From an uncultured Candidatus Rokubacteria bacterium (GTDB taxonomy: Bacteria; Methylomirabilota; Methylomirabilia; Rokubacteriales; CSP1-6), in contig CAVWFS010000002.1 in assembly GCA_963754315.1 (NCBI GenBank), positions 1 through 64,000 of the forward strand: a DNA stretch of 64,000 nt. The letters are read 5' to 3'. How positions within the stretch are numbered: the stretch's first letter is position 1; every line of letters starts with the position of its first letter. The translations under genes were made by a program, and so were the position numbers. The notes beneath the pieces are model-generated. The model made no database searches. It was not told the DNA's origin and saw only the letters and a list, made by a program, of their open reading frames with translations. This document shows, in pieces, positions 1-10,939 of the stretch.

Positions 1-455
1 TACACGACCAGATGGGTGTCTGACGATGGACTACACGATGACCCGTCCCCCTGGCCCCGAGCCCAATATCCACAGCGTTGGCCAACACTCCTCGCCGGCG
101 ACTATAATTCACCACCGATGTCAGGGGCAGGGCTCCGGTCGACCAGGCCGTCAGGCCACCCGGGCCCCTGAGGCTGGGCGATCGTGAAATTGAGCGCGGC
201 GCCGGCCGCCGTGGTGGGGACGCCACAGTTGGCCCCGCCGGTGGTCACCCCGCCGATCTGGATGGGGGTGGGCACGTTCGCCTGGAGGGGCGTTCCCATC
301 AGGCGCGTGTCGAGCGCCCGGCAGGGGGTGGGCGAGCGGGATGAAACTCCGGCCCGCTGAGGGGCTGGGCGGCGGCGGTGGTAGGCAAGGCCGAGCATCA
401 AGGCGAGAAGGAGTACGGCGAGGCAAACGGACGTGTAGAACTTCGTCAATGCATG
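1..455 (-). CDS. Secreted/surface beta-sandwich domain protein (frameshifted, runs off window start)
   Basis: Hydrophobic N-terminus (VCLAVLLLALMLGLAY), then PCRALDTR...CGVPTTAAGAALNFTIAQPQGPGW / LTAWSTGALPLTSVVNY / LANAVDIGLG...THLVV across frameshifts. This pattern is seen in bacterial surface proteins. Confidence 0.55.
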
Positions 456-734
456 GGCACCCTCCTCGGTGGTTGTGAAGGTGGACCCCACTAATGGTCT
501 CATTCCCGAAATCGATGCTGGCACGAACCGACACGCGACTGTCGAGGTATTCAGAAAGGTAACTAGGACAAGTACCGCGAGCTGTGAACCAAGGTCTCTC
601 GGTGCACCGCGCCCACCTGGCAAGAAACGTGACACGCGGCCGCTATGAACCAGCTTTGACGGCGAAGAACGCCGCCAAGCCTCCGACGTTTCGGCTGAGC
701 CGGGGGTTGGCACGGACTCGCACTCGGTCCCCAT

Positions 735-983
735 ATGAACACGGCGGGCATGGGCGCGATCCTGATGGCGCGGTACGGCTGCTACGGGCTGCGCGACGGA
801 GACGGTCTTCATCTCGCGGCGGTGTGCCATCGTGCCCACGTGGCGCGACGTGGTCGGAACGCTCGCGAGCGCGTACCTGGCGACGGGGAAGAATCCCACC
901 CTCAGGGAGGCCGGCCTGATGCATTGCAGGCGACGACCGACATGAATCAGGCGCTCCTGATGGCGTGCGAGGCGGCGCAATAA
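735..983 (+). CDS. Small hypothetical protein (probably frameshifted)
   Basis: 82-aa ORF with a helical-looking C-terminus (DALQATTDMNQALLMACEAAQ). No family recognised. Confidence 0.3.
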   Translation: MNTAGMGAILMARYGCYGLRDGDGLHLAAVCHRAHVARRGRNARERVPGDGEESHPQGGRPDALQATTDMNQALLMACEAAQ

Positions 984-1037
984 GTGTTTCTCCGGGCCGC
1001 CCAGAGTGCGGCCCAATCGCGACGGAGGCGAGGCGTG

Positions 1038-1346
1038 ATGTCAGTGGGCGTGTCATCGTTGGGACAGTCGCAATGGTGGTGCTGGGGTTGGGGGCTGTCG
1101 AGGCCCAAAACTGGCAGCAGATGCAGCAGGAGCAGCAGCGGATGCAGCAGCAGATCCAGCAGCAACAGTATGATCAGCAGCGGATGCGGCGGCAGATGCA
1201 GGAGATGCAGGATCAGCAGCAATTGCAGCAGATGCAGCAGCAGTTCCAGCAGCAACAGCATCAGCCAGCAGCAACAGGATGACCAGCAGCGGTATATGCA
1301 GCAGCAGCGTCGGCGGGCCTGGAGCGCCTACGCGCCGCCAATCTAG
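1038..1346 (+). CDS. Glutamine-rich small secreted protein (frameshifted)
   Basis: GGAGG upstream of ATG 1038. Signal-peptide-like VIVGTVAMVVLGLGAVEA|Q, then QNWQQMQQEQQRMQQQIQQQQYDQQ... and, after a shift near 1262, QQQQDDQQRYMQQQRRRAWSAYAPPI*. Confidence 0.6.
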   Translation: MSVGVSSLGQSQWWCWGWGLSRPKTGSRCSRSSSGCSSRSSSNSMISSGCGGRCRRCRISSNCSRCSSSSSSNSISQQQQDDQQRYMQQQRRRAWSAYAPPI

Positions 1347-2211
1347 GCCGCTAGCCCTTAGTTGTTCCCCAGCCGTCCAGCATCCGTTCGTGATCGATCA
1401 CGGTCGGGCCGGGCTCGGCAGACTTCGTCGCCAGCGCCTTCCGCCGTTGCTCGACGTTATCGAGGACTGGGCCAACAGATTGAACGTCGAACCCTCCCCC
1501 CCGATCATCGTCGTTTGACTTGCTCGCGCCAAAGATTTCGTCCAGGGAGCATGAAAGAGAGCAACCAGGCACTCCAGTGAGGCTTACGTGGGCGGCGACG
1601 TTGAGATTCAAAACTGTGCCGCCGTTCAAATTCCGCTTCCGCTCGCAAGCCCAACCAGTTGACGGACGGTCACGTACGGCTCGCCCGGGCATGGGGTGAG
1701 CCAGCTGACAGAAGAGGCCGTTAGTCCACGAGAGGCGTTAGGCTCAGGCTTTCCGCGCTGATTGGTCCGATTCTCAACGCGTCGAAGAAGATCGGAGATA
1801 CTTTCTTCGGTGAGGTTCGCTTCGGCACGCGGTCCTCGCCGTCGTCGCCCGGGCGGGCAGGTAGGTGTTCCTGCTTCTTTCGCCTGGAGGCTTTGCTGAC
1901 CCGTACATGTGGCGTCTCTGGAACCGTCGTGGCTCCCGTTCGCCTCCATCGGCTTGCCGTCCTCCGTGGTCGGCGTGCTCAGGGCGAGCCCAGCCGCTCT
2001 CGGGCGAGCGCACTCGGGGACCCGGCTTGTCGAGCCCGAATCGCGTATCTTTGCCCCACGTGGCGCCGGCCTACTGGCTGGTCGCTATCGTGGCGGAACC
2101 CGGATCTTTCAATGGTGGCCCTTTCGCGGAGATTTCAACATCTAATTCGGCGTTGATCCGCCGCGCCGTCGCGCCCTATCATGCTCGCGTCCCCCCGAAA
2201 GGAGATCCCCC

Positions 2212-2478
2212 ATGGTGAAGCGGACGAAGCCTGCGGAGAAGCCCAAGCTGGGGAAGCGCCTGACGTCGGAGGCGGGCGACGACATCATGCGGATCACGCT
2301 CCATCTGCCCGACGAATTGGTCCGGCGCTCGACGCTCTGGGGCAAGGAGCAAACGCCCGCGATGGACTTTGACGAGATCGTCATCGGCGCGCTCGACGCG
2401 TACGTGCCGATGCCCAGCGGGGTCGTGGTCGTGCAGACGCCGGGCAGCCCGACCAGGTCAGGGTGCTGGAGGGGTTGA
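2212..2478 (+). CDS. Ribbon-helix-helix (CopG/Arc-like) DNA-binding protein
   Basis: Strong RBS (GAAAGGAG). MRITLHLPDELVRR beta-strand/helix pattern followed by a FDEIVIGALDAY helix. Confidence 0.6.
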   Translation: MVKRTKPAEKPKLGKRLTSEAGDDIMRITLHLPDELVRRSTLWGKEQTPAMDFDEIVIGALDAYVPMPSGVVVVQTPGSPTRSGCWRG

Positions 2479-3069
2479 CGAAGGTCCCGCCGCACATACC
2501 TCCGCCCACGATCGCGAGAGAGCGCGCACGCGATATCGAGCGCGCGGCGTCTCGAAAGAAGAAGACGTAACAGCGTCGCTCTCACTCACGCCGGGGCGGT
2601 CGTCGTGTACCCGTCGATCGTGATGGGCACCCGCGCGGGTCCCGTGATCGTCCGCCCGGTGGGCAAATCGACTCCCAACCTTCACGCCGCCGACTCCCCC
2701 GACGAGGGTCACCGTGTCCGTGCTCGTGGCGGCCATGTAGACTTCGACGCCGTGCGTGTAGGTTCGCCTTCCAGGCCCCGCAATTCGTGAAGCCCGAGCG
2801 GGCGGACGTCGAGATGGTGATCGTGCTCGACCCGATAGATGCCGGCCGGCACCAATCAATCCTCTTCCCGGGCATCCAGGCTCCCTTGGAGACGCCGACG
2901 CAGGTTCCCGGCGGACCCTCCTGTCCGCCGAATCCTATCAGAAGCCGCGCATCCGCTCCGACTGAGAGTCCCTCAAGACCACTGCCCATGAACGGCATAG
3001 GCCAAAGGGCCTGGCGTTATCGGAAACTGGGCGGCCTCCCCCGTTGTCCCCCCTTCCCTCTCCCAGAGA

Positions 3070-3232
3070 CAGCAGGCCTCGGCTAGCGCCCTCGCGTCGC
3101 GCAGATCCGTCTTGACCTTCCGGGTCGCGCCTGGCGTACATCGGCGCGAAGTTCGGGTCCGCCGCCCACCACCTCGTGGCCCAGGCCTCCAGGCACCGGG
3201 CCACCCACTCGCTCTCCGTCGAGGCCTCGAGC
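3070..3232 (-). pseudogene. IS110-family transposase N-terminal (DEDD) fragment, interrupted by IS21; upstream part at 5882-5910
   Basis: Joining across the IS21 gives ARARILLEASTESEWVARCLEA.GHEVV.ADPNFAPMYA..RKVKTDLRDARALAEAC, an IS110 DEDD-domain motif, with frameshifts. Confidence 0.85.
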
Positions 3233-3239
3233 TGTCAGC

Positions 3240-3358
3240 GGTCGCCCCATACTGAGCCACCGGGGTCGGGGAAGCTGAGCCACCCGGGGTCGCCCATACT
3301 GAGCCAGGCAGGGTCACCCATACTGAGCCACCCAGGGGCGGCCATAGGGAGCCACCCG
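3240..3358 (+). repeat. Five ~24-bp subterminal repeats (transposase binding sites) at the IS21 left end
   Basis: Variants of GGTCGCCCATACTGAGCCACC in tandem. Two inverted copies at the right end (5832-5875). Typical of IS21. Confidence 0.85.
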
Positions 3359-3440
3359 GCGGGGCGTGACCGGATTCCTTCTTCATTCTGCCCACCACTG
3401 GAAATCCTCGACGGAGCACATCAGCTCCGGGAGGTGACGA

Positions 3441-5016
3441 GTGGCGGGACGGAGGAGTCCGGTGACCGACATCCGCGAGATTCTGCGCCGGCTGCAGCTG
3501 GGCGAGCCCGACCGGCGCATCGCCCGCGACCTCGGCGTCAGCCGCAACACCGTGGCGCACTACCGGCGTCTGGGCCGCCGGCACGGCGTGCTCGACGGCG
3601 GCCGCTGCCCGACCCGGCGACCCTGGCCGCGCTGCTGGACGCGGCGCCGACCGAGCGCCCGGCCCATGAGCAGTCGCTGGTCGAGCCCTTGCGCGAGCGC
3701 GTCCTCGCCTTGCACGAGCGCGGCGTCGAGGGCCAGGCCATCTGGCAGCTCCTGGTCGAGGAGCATGGCTTCACCGGCAGCTACTCCTCGGTGAAGCGCT
3801 TCCTGCGCCGCGCGGCCCCGCCGACGGCCGCGGCCACCCTGCGGCTCGAAGTCGAGCCCGGCGAGGAGGCGCAAGTCGACTTCGGCTTCGCCGGCCAGTT
3901 CCTCGATCCCGAGCGCGGGCGGGTCCGCCGCGCGTGGGTCTTCGTGATGACGCTGTCGTGCAGTCGGCATCAGTACGCCGAGCTGGTCTTCGACCAGACG
4001 GTCGCGACGTGGCTGCGCCTGCATCGCGCCGCCTTCGAGTTCTTCGGCGGCGTCCCGCGCCGCGTCGTGCTCGACAATCTCCGCGCCGCGATCGTCCACG
4101 CCGCGCTCTACGATCCCGAGGTCCAGCGCAGCTATCGCGAGTGCGCCGAGCACTACGGCTTTCTCATCGCGCCCTGTCGGCCGCGCACGCCCGAGCACAA
4201 AGGCAAGGTGGAACAGGGCGGCGTCCACTACGTCAAGCGCAACGCCCTGGCCGGCCGCGCCTTCCGCGACGTCCACGACGGCAATCGCCACCTGCTGCGC
4301 TGGTGCGTCGAGACCGCCGGGCGCCGCGTCCACGGCACGATCAAGCAGGTCCCGCTGGAGGTCTTCGAGCAGGTCGAGCGCCCGGCCCTGCGGCCGCTGC
4401 CCCTGACGCCCTGGGAGCTGGCCGAGTGGAAGCGGGCCAAGCTCCACGCCGACTGCCACGTCGTCTTCGCCGGCGCCTACTACTCGGCGCCCCATCGCTT
4501 GATCGGCGAGCGGCTCTGGGTCCGCGCCACCCTGAGCAAGGTCGAGCTCTTCCACGACTACACCCTCGTCGCCACCCATCGCCGCGCCCGCCCCGGCCAG
4601 CGCCGCACGCTCATCGCCCACCTGCCGCCCGACAAAGTCCACTTCCTCCTGCAGACGCCCGCCTGGTGTCGGGCGCAGCGCCGCCGAGATCGGCCCCGCC
4701 TGTGCCCTGTTCATCGAGGCCCTGCTCGGCGATCGCCCGCTCGATCGCCTGCGCAGCGCCCAAGGCGTGCTCCGCCTCGCCCAGCGCTACGGCGCCGCGC
4801 GCCTCGACGCCGCCTGCGCCCGCGCCCACGCCGTCGGCGAGTATCGCTACCACACCATCAAGACCATCCTGGCCCACGCCCTCGATCAGCAGCCGCTGCC
4901 CGGCCTCGCGCCCGTCGCCGCCGCGCCGGCCGCCTGCCGCCGCGCCACGCGCGCCCCTGGACCACCTTCTTCCCCGACCCCGGAGCGGAAGACAGGAGGT
5001 CCCCCGATGGAACTGA
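3441..5016 (+). CDS. istA: IS21 transposase IstA (frameshifted)
   Basis: N-terminal HTH (RRIARDLGVSRNTV) and DDE motifs (EAQVDFG, VVLDNLRA, KGKVEQG). Frame breaks near 3600, 4675 and 4935. Confidence 0.92.
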
Positions 5017-5797
5017 CCCATCAGCTCACCCCGATGCTCCGCACCCTGCGCCTGTCCGGCATCCTCGAGACGCTCGACGTCCGCAATCGCCAGGCCGTCG
5101 AGCAGCAGTCCTCCTTCGTCGACTTCCTCACCATGCTCCTGCAGGACGAAGTCGAGCGCCGCGCCCAGAGCAAGCTCCGCCTGCGGCTGCGCCGCGCCGC
5201 CTTCGATCCCACCAAGACCCTCGAGGGCTTCGACTTCAGCTTCAATCCCAAGCTCAACAAGGCCCAGGTCTTCGACCTCGCCACCTGCCAGTTCATCGCG
5301 CGCCACGAGAACGGTCCTCGTGTACGGCCCGACCGGCGTCGGCAAGAGCCACCTCGGCCCAAGCCCTCGCCCACGAAGCCTGCCGCCGCGGCTACGAGGT
5401 CCTCTTCATCAGCACCGACAAGATGCTCACCCACCTCGCCGGCGGCCGCGCCGACGGCACCCACGAGCAGCGCCTCGCCCGCTACACCCGCCCCGCTCTG
5501 CTCGTCCTCGACGACTTCGGGCTCAAGCCCCTGCGCGCGCCCGGGCCCGAGGATCTCTACGACGTCATCAACGAACGCTACGAGCGCGGCTCGATTCTCT
5601 TGACCTCCAATCGCGACCGCGCCGAATGGCCGGACCTCTTCGGCGAGCCCCTGCTCGCCTCGGCCGCCCTCGATCGCCTGACCCACGGCGCCCACTTCGT
5701 CGAGATCACGGGCCAGAGCTTCCGCGCCGAGCACACCAAGAAGCAGCTCACGGCCCGCCGCGCCCGCGGCCACCAACTGGACGAGGACGGAAACTAA
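5007..5797 (+). CDS. istB: IS21 AAA+ helper ATPase IstB (frameshifted)
   Basis: RBS AGGAGG. KTLEGFDFSFNP, Walker A GPTGVGKSH, LLVLDDFG, LTSNR and LDRLTH motifs. Confidence 0.93.
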
Positions 5798-6622
5798 CCC
5801 ACATGGAAGGGGTCCGGTCACGTCACCGCACTGGCTCCCTATGGGCGACCCTGGGTGGCTCTCCTTGGGCGGCCGTTGACACGAGCAGGATCCGCGCCCG
5901 CGCGGCCGCCTTGTCTGGCTGCCGCACACACGGCGGGCGACAGCGTCGCACCCCGGCCCCGCGTCCCGTCAGCGCGTTATCGCCCGCATCCGCCCCCCGA
6001 TCACGGCGCCGAGGTCCGATCGCGAACAGCCCGCGCCCATGCGTAACGCACAGTTTGGCTGGCTTGCTAACGCTGGATTTAGCGTCGACTACACCTCCCG
6101 GGCTGGCCACCAATGGGCAAAGCTTGAATCGCTGAGCTTCAGAATTCCCCGTCGTACCGCTGGCTTGCTATTCGCGTACGCCATAGCATGATGCTCCGCC
6201 GGCCTATCCAAGCGCCATCGTGACCTAGTTCCGGTACAGCGGGCGGTCTGGCCACGCGCGGTCTCACTGCGGGGTCCGATGTTGTCTCGCTGCTGACCCC
6301 AAAACGGGGCCCACGGCGGCGCTAACATGCTCCATAAGGGGGAGCCTCCCCTGGAGCGAAAGACGACGCGGTTATCGTTACAGTTTCATTCGAGGCCGTA
6401 ACAGGAAACGAGAAGTCCCTCCTTGTCTTCCTCTCTCTCTCTCCTTCCTCGCCGGGAAGCTATCCGCGCACTGGCTGGAGGAGGCCCCTACTACCGCACA
6501 TCGACCACCATGGGCCCACCCGCACGGATGCCCGACACGGCACTCCAGGACAACTTCCGAACAAGGAGCGATCCTGGCACACCCCATGTTCGGCGAACTC
6601 CATGTGCGGCCTCCTCAGACCC

Positions 6623-7414
6623 CTAGCTGGCTGAGCCGGCAGGCCCGGCCTTGCGTGACTCGGCGCGTTTCTTCTGTCGCCAGGAACGTGTCGTCTGACG
6701 CGACTCGCACGCCGGGGAACAGAACCGCCCCGGCGCGTTTCTCAAGGGCACAAACCATCGAGCGCATGGCGTCTGTCGCGGAGTGGCGGCCTGGGCCTCA
6801 CACCGGCGCAGTGTATGGGCAAATCGCATTGCCAGCTCGCAAAAATGGGTGAGGGCGTAGTCAGTCCACTTCAGACGGAGGCTGTATCGCCCCGGCCCCG
6901 AGGGGAGCGTGCTCCAGATCGCTGTCTGCCGCGCAGAAGGATACTCGAGGTCCCGGTGACGAGTAACCTTGTCCAGAAACCTCGCGAGCTTCTCCTTCGT
7001 CTCTTCCATCTCTCGCCGCCGCACTGTGATATGTACGTTCAGGAACCGCCTCCGGTCCGGCCGGCCAACTCCTTCTAGCCGCCATCGCCCTTTCACGTCG
7101 TCACTTGCCTTGCGGTCCACGCGGATGCCTACCCCGAGGGGGAGGAGCGCGAACTGCGCCAACTCCAGGGTACGTGCGCGTCGGTCTGCCAGGGAGAGAT
7201 CCGTCACGCGACTCTGAGCGAAACCCACCACCCACCGAAACAAGCGCCGTGGCCTCTTCCTTTTTCTGCGGAGCGTCTCGAACAGGGACTCGTCGGCCCG
7301 GTCGACTGCGGACCCATCGAGTCGCCGCCTCCTGGATGAAACAGTGTGACGGCGATTATCCCGGTTTGGGCGTGTGTTGCCGTCACGCTCATCGGAATCG
7401 GTCTTCCCGGCCAC
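6623..7414 (-). CDS. CGNR-type zinc-finger protein (putative regulator)
   Basis: C-terminal LRRCEA...CARWFV...RFCSPACESRQTTRSWRQKK matches the CGNR zinc-finger pattern. Divergent from the primase. Start uncertain. Confidence 0.65.
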   Translation of the reverse strand: MAGKTDSDERDGNTRPNRDNRRHTVSSRRRRLDGSAVDRADESLFETLRRKRKRPRRLFRWVVGFAQSRVTDLSLADRRARTLELAQFALLPLGVGIRVDRKASDDVKGRWRLEGVGRPDRRRFLNVHITVRRREMEETKEKLARFLDKVTRHRDLEYPSARQTAIWSTLPSGPGRYSLRLKWTDYALTHFCELAMRFAHTLRRCEAQAATPRQTPCARWFVPLRNAPGRFCSPACESRQTTRSWRQKKRAESRKAGPAGSAS

Positions 7415-7651
7415 CGAATCGCTCCTTTATGTTGAGCTATGAAGACGACAGACAAACATCATCACACAGTTACGACGGGAGCGGGGGTGGTCGCAAGCGG
7501 AGCTGGCTCGCCGCTCGCGCTTGCACCCCTCGACCGTAAGCGCGGCGGAGTGCGGGCGATTCCTTCTCGGGCCGAGCCAGCTCAAGAAACTCGCGCGCGT
7601 GCTGGGGGTCCCCGTGAATAGGCTGGCTGGAAGCTAAAAGCGAGCGAATCC

Positions 7652-10032
7652 GTGACGGCGGCCGACCTCGCGAAGCGCGTCAAGGTCACCGGGCGTCGTG
7701 GTCGGTGGACTGATGAGGCTCTGCCCCGCTCACGATGACGAGCGGGCCAGCTTCTCCTTCTGCGATGGCGACGTCCGCGTCATCACGATATGTCGGGCTG
7801 GATGCTCCGACGAACGGATCGCAACGGCACTCGGGATCACAGTCCCGGACCTGTTCTTCGAGACTGCGCGGTCTCGCAACGGGCACGGGCCTCGCCGAGT
7901 CGGGAGACTCACGCTGGACCCCTTCGCGGAGGCGATAGGCTGCCCCGCGAGTTCCTACTGGAACATGGCGTGCTGGAGGACGATCGGGGTCTCCGCATCA
8001 CCTATCGACTGGACGATGGCACCCTAGCCCCGCGTCAACGTCGCCGGTGCGCGCTCGCCGCCAAGGAAGGGTCGAGCTGGTGGGCCCAAAAGGTGGACCG
8101 CCCGTGCCCTACGGCCTCGACCGTCTGACAAGGCGCGGGAGAAGGGCGAGCTCTCTGATCGTCGAGGGCGAGAAGACACCCTGACCGCGTGGCTTCACAA
8201 TGTGCCGTGCCTTGGGATCCCAGGCGCGTCGATGACGAAGGTGCTCGCGGCGCGATCTCCTGGCGATCGACCCCGTTTACATCCCCAAGGAGCCGGGGCT
8301 GGAGGGGATACGTTCGTCGCCGGCGTCGCCGCTCGCCTCCGGACCCTCGGGCTGGAACGGCCAAGCCTTCGCGCTGGTGTGCCCGTCAAGGACCTGAACG
8401 ACCTCCACCGCACGGCCGGCAGCGGATTCGCCGCGCAGCTCAAGGCCGCGAAGGATCGTGCAATGCCGCTCCTCGCGGCTGGCGGGCCCGTCGATCCGAG
8501 CTTCCGGGGATTCGTCACCGGCCGCGGCCGGATCCGGTGCCGAGCGACCTCCCCCCGTGCCGCCTTTCGACATCGCCCGCATGATGCCCGCCGCCCTCGC
8601 CCCTGGATCGCGGACATCGCCGATCGCGCCCAGTGCCCGCCCGATTTTCTGGGCATCGCCACCCTTGTGGCCATCGGCGCCGTCGTCGGCCGCACCCTCG
8701 CGATCCGCCCGAAGCGCCACGACGACTGGACGGTCGTCCCGAACCTGTGGGGGATCGCGATCGGGCGCCCCGGGGTCATGAAGACCCCGGCGCTCGAGGA
8801 GGCCCTGCGGCCCTTGCACCGTCTTGTCCTGGACGCTCGCAAGGATCACGAGCAGCGCCTGGCCGACCATGCCTTCACGCTGGCCGAAGCCCAGGCGCGG
8901 CTCGAGGTGGCCAAGAAGAAGCTCAAGAAGGCCGTGGCGAAGGGCCTGCCGACCGAGGCGTTGCGCGACGCCTTCACCGCCCCGCTGCCCCCCGCCCCGA
9001 CGGAACGCCGCTACCTCGTGAACGACGCCACGGTCGAGAAGCTGGGCGAGCTGCTGAACCAGAACCCGAACGGCCTGCTCGCTCTTCCGTGACGAGCTCG
9101 TCGGCTGGATGCGGACGCTGGATCGCGAGGGCCACGAGAACGACCGCGCGTTCTACTGCGAAGCGTGGACCGGCACCGGGTCCTACACCTACGATCGCAT
9201 CGGTCGCGGCACGCTGGTGATCACCGCCGCCTGCGTCTCCATCCTCGGCGGCATGACGCCCGGCCCGCTGCATGCGTACCTGCGGGAGGTCTTCGCCCAC
9301 GGGGCGACCGATGACGGCACTGATCCAGCGGTTTCAACTCATGGTGTATCCCGACGTCGCGACCGAATGGCGGAACGTCGACCGCTGGCCCGACACCGCG
9401 GCGAAGCGCCGGGCGTTCGAGGTCTTCACGGCCTTGGCCGCGCTGGACCTGGATCAGCTGCAGGCGCATCGCCCCGAGCAGCCGGGTGACGGGCTCCCGT
9501 TCCTGCGCTTCACTCCCGAGGCCCAGGACCGCTTCGATGCCTGGCGGGCTGAGCTGGAGCATCGGCTCCGCACCGCCGACGAGCATCCCGTCGTGATCTC
9601 GCATCTGGCGAAGTACCGGTCGCTCATGCCGTCGCTGGCCCTCTGTTCCACCTGGTCGACTGCGTCGACCGCGACGGCGGGGGGCCGGTGTCGCTGGCCG
9701 CCGCCGAGCGGGCCGTCGTGTGGTGCGGGTACCTCGAGGCCCACGCGCGCCGCGTGTACGAGAGCGTCACCGCCTCGCGCCGGCTGGCCGCCGCAGCGCT
9801 GGCCAGAAAGCTCCAGGCTGGGAAGCTCCAGAACCCCTTCCGCGCGCGTGATGTCCTGCAAGCGGAATGGTCCGGGCTGACGGATGCCGAGGAGGTCCAC
9901 GCGGGCCTCGCCCTGCTCGAAGAGCTGCACTGGATCCGTGCGACCGACGTGCCGCCGTCCGGGAAGGGCGGCCGGCCGACCGTCGAGTACGAGATCAACC
10001 CCGCCGTGTCACGTCTGGGGGCCGGGCCGTGA
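7652..10032 (+). CDS. Primase (zinc-binding + TOPRIM) fused to a DUF3987/YfjI helicase-like domain (many frameshifts)
   Basis: CPAHDDERAS...CRAGC zinc domain; IVEGEK..., LGIPGA and VKDLND TOPRIM motifs; then PPDFLGIA, VPNLWGIAIGRPGVMKTPA, NDATVEKLGELL, RDEL and QRFQLMVYPD; C-terminal GGRPT..YEINP. Confidence 0.8.
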
Positions 10033-10040
10033 AGAGGGGA

Positions 10041-10266
10041 GTTTCGAGGGTTTTGAGGGTTTCACGCAGTAGGTATGGGGAGAAGTTTCCGTCGCCATGC
10101 GAGCGGGTTTCGAGGGTTTTGAGGGTTACTCACCGTATATATGTGGGGGAATTTTCTACCCTACGCGCGCGCCACGCTAATAAGATCTCCTCCTCCTCCT
10201 CCTCCCCGTTGCCTCTGAATGTCCCCAGACATATAGAGATACAAACCTTCAAAACCCTCGAAACCC
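10041..10266. repeat. Iteron-like repeats, putative replication origin
   Basis: GTTTCGAGGGTTTTGAGGGTT at 10041 and 10107. Inverted copy AAACCTTCAAAACCCTCGAAACCC at 10243-10266. AT-richer spacer, directly after the primase stop. Confidence 0.7.
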
Positions 10267-10547
10267 GTCGACGGCCCGGCCGAAGCCATCGAGGTGGTCC
10301 GCACCGAGAACAAGGCGTTGGCCGCGCGAGCGAGTCGGTTCTATGCGTAGCGGCGGCGACACGACAGAGCTGGAGCCAAGCACACGATGGCGGATTGGAG
10401 CGGGGCCAGCAACGGGGTGTGGGCGGCCGCATCCCGACCCAACGCCGTCCTGGACCCGCACCGGCGCGAGCCGGGAGTCTCCCGGCCGGACGATCGGCCT
10501 TCGTCACACCGTCGTGGTGGCCATGACGGCGGAGGCATGAGCCACCG

Positions 10548-10907
10548 ATGAGCGTGCCCGCTCGCATCGCGGGGGTGCCGAGCTTGGCGCAGATCGCCAC
10601 GGATCGGGCGTTGCTCGATTCGTTGCCGGCGGACGCGCTGATCCAGCTTCGCCGTGAGGTCGGCTACTTGCGTGAAGACGTCGATGCCGCCGTGACCCGG
10701 TGTCTGGCATAGTCCCTTCTTGCTGAACCCCGTGCGGCCGAGGCCGATCGCTGGTTGGCGCCGGCGGAAGCCGCGAAGATCTTCAGCGTCACGAGGCGCT
10801 GGCTCTTGGAGCACGCCGACGAGATCGGCAGCCGGCGCCTGAGCAAGAAGGTGGTTCGGTTCTCGGCGCGCAAGCTGGAGCGCTTCCTCAACGGAATGAG
10901 GGCTTGA
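10548..10907 (+). pseudogene. Excisionase/AlpA-like HTH protein with an in-frame TAG at 10710-10712
   Basis: GGAGG RBS. MSVPARIAG...TRCLA*SLLAEPRAAEADRWLAPAEAAKIFSVTRRWLLEHADEIGSRRLSKKVVRFSARKLERFL, a wHTH excisionase pattern. Missed by the ORF track. Confidence 0.7.
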
Positions 10908-10933
10908 CGGTAATATGGCAATTCGTATAGCAT
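10904..10933 (+). promoter_or_regulatory. Sigma70-like promoter for the RHH-integrase operon
   Basis: TTGACG at 10904, then TATAGC (16-bp spacer) or TAGCAT (18-bp spacer). Confidence 0.55.
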
Positions 10934-10939
10934 TCCCCT

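Larger units (their letters stand above)
3233..5881 (+). mobile_element. IS21-family insertion sequence
   Basis: Ends are TGTCAGCGGTCGCCCCATACTGAGCCACC and (reverse complement) TGTCAACGGCCGCCCAAGGAGAGCCACC. A 5-bp target duplication CGAGC lies at 3228-3232 and 5882-5886. Contains istA and istB. Confidence 0.95.

Noticed and set aside
1351..2200. Several overlapping short ORFs
   Set aside because: No recognisable motifs or consistent frame. Possibly degraded cargo.
3240..3358. Short regularly spaced repeats resembling a CRISPR array
   Set aside because: There are no spacers. They are IS21 subterminal repeats mirrored at the other IS end, and no cas genes are present.
3176..5797. 873-aa IstA-IstB fusion or programmed frameshifting
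   Set aside because: The ORF wanders out of homology through several scattered indels, consistent with sequencing error. No slippery site was identified.
5887..6600. IS110 bridge RNA or remaining transposase 5' part
   Set aside because: IS110 homology stops at about 5910, and no recognisable IS end or structure supports the call.
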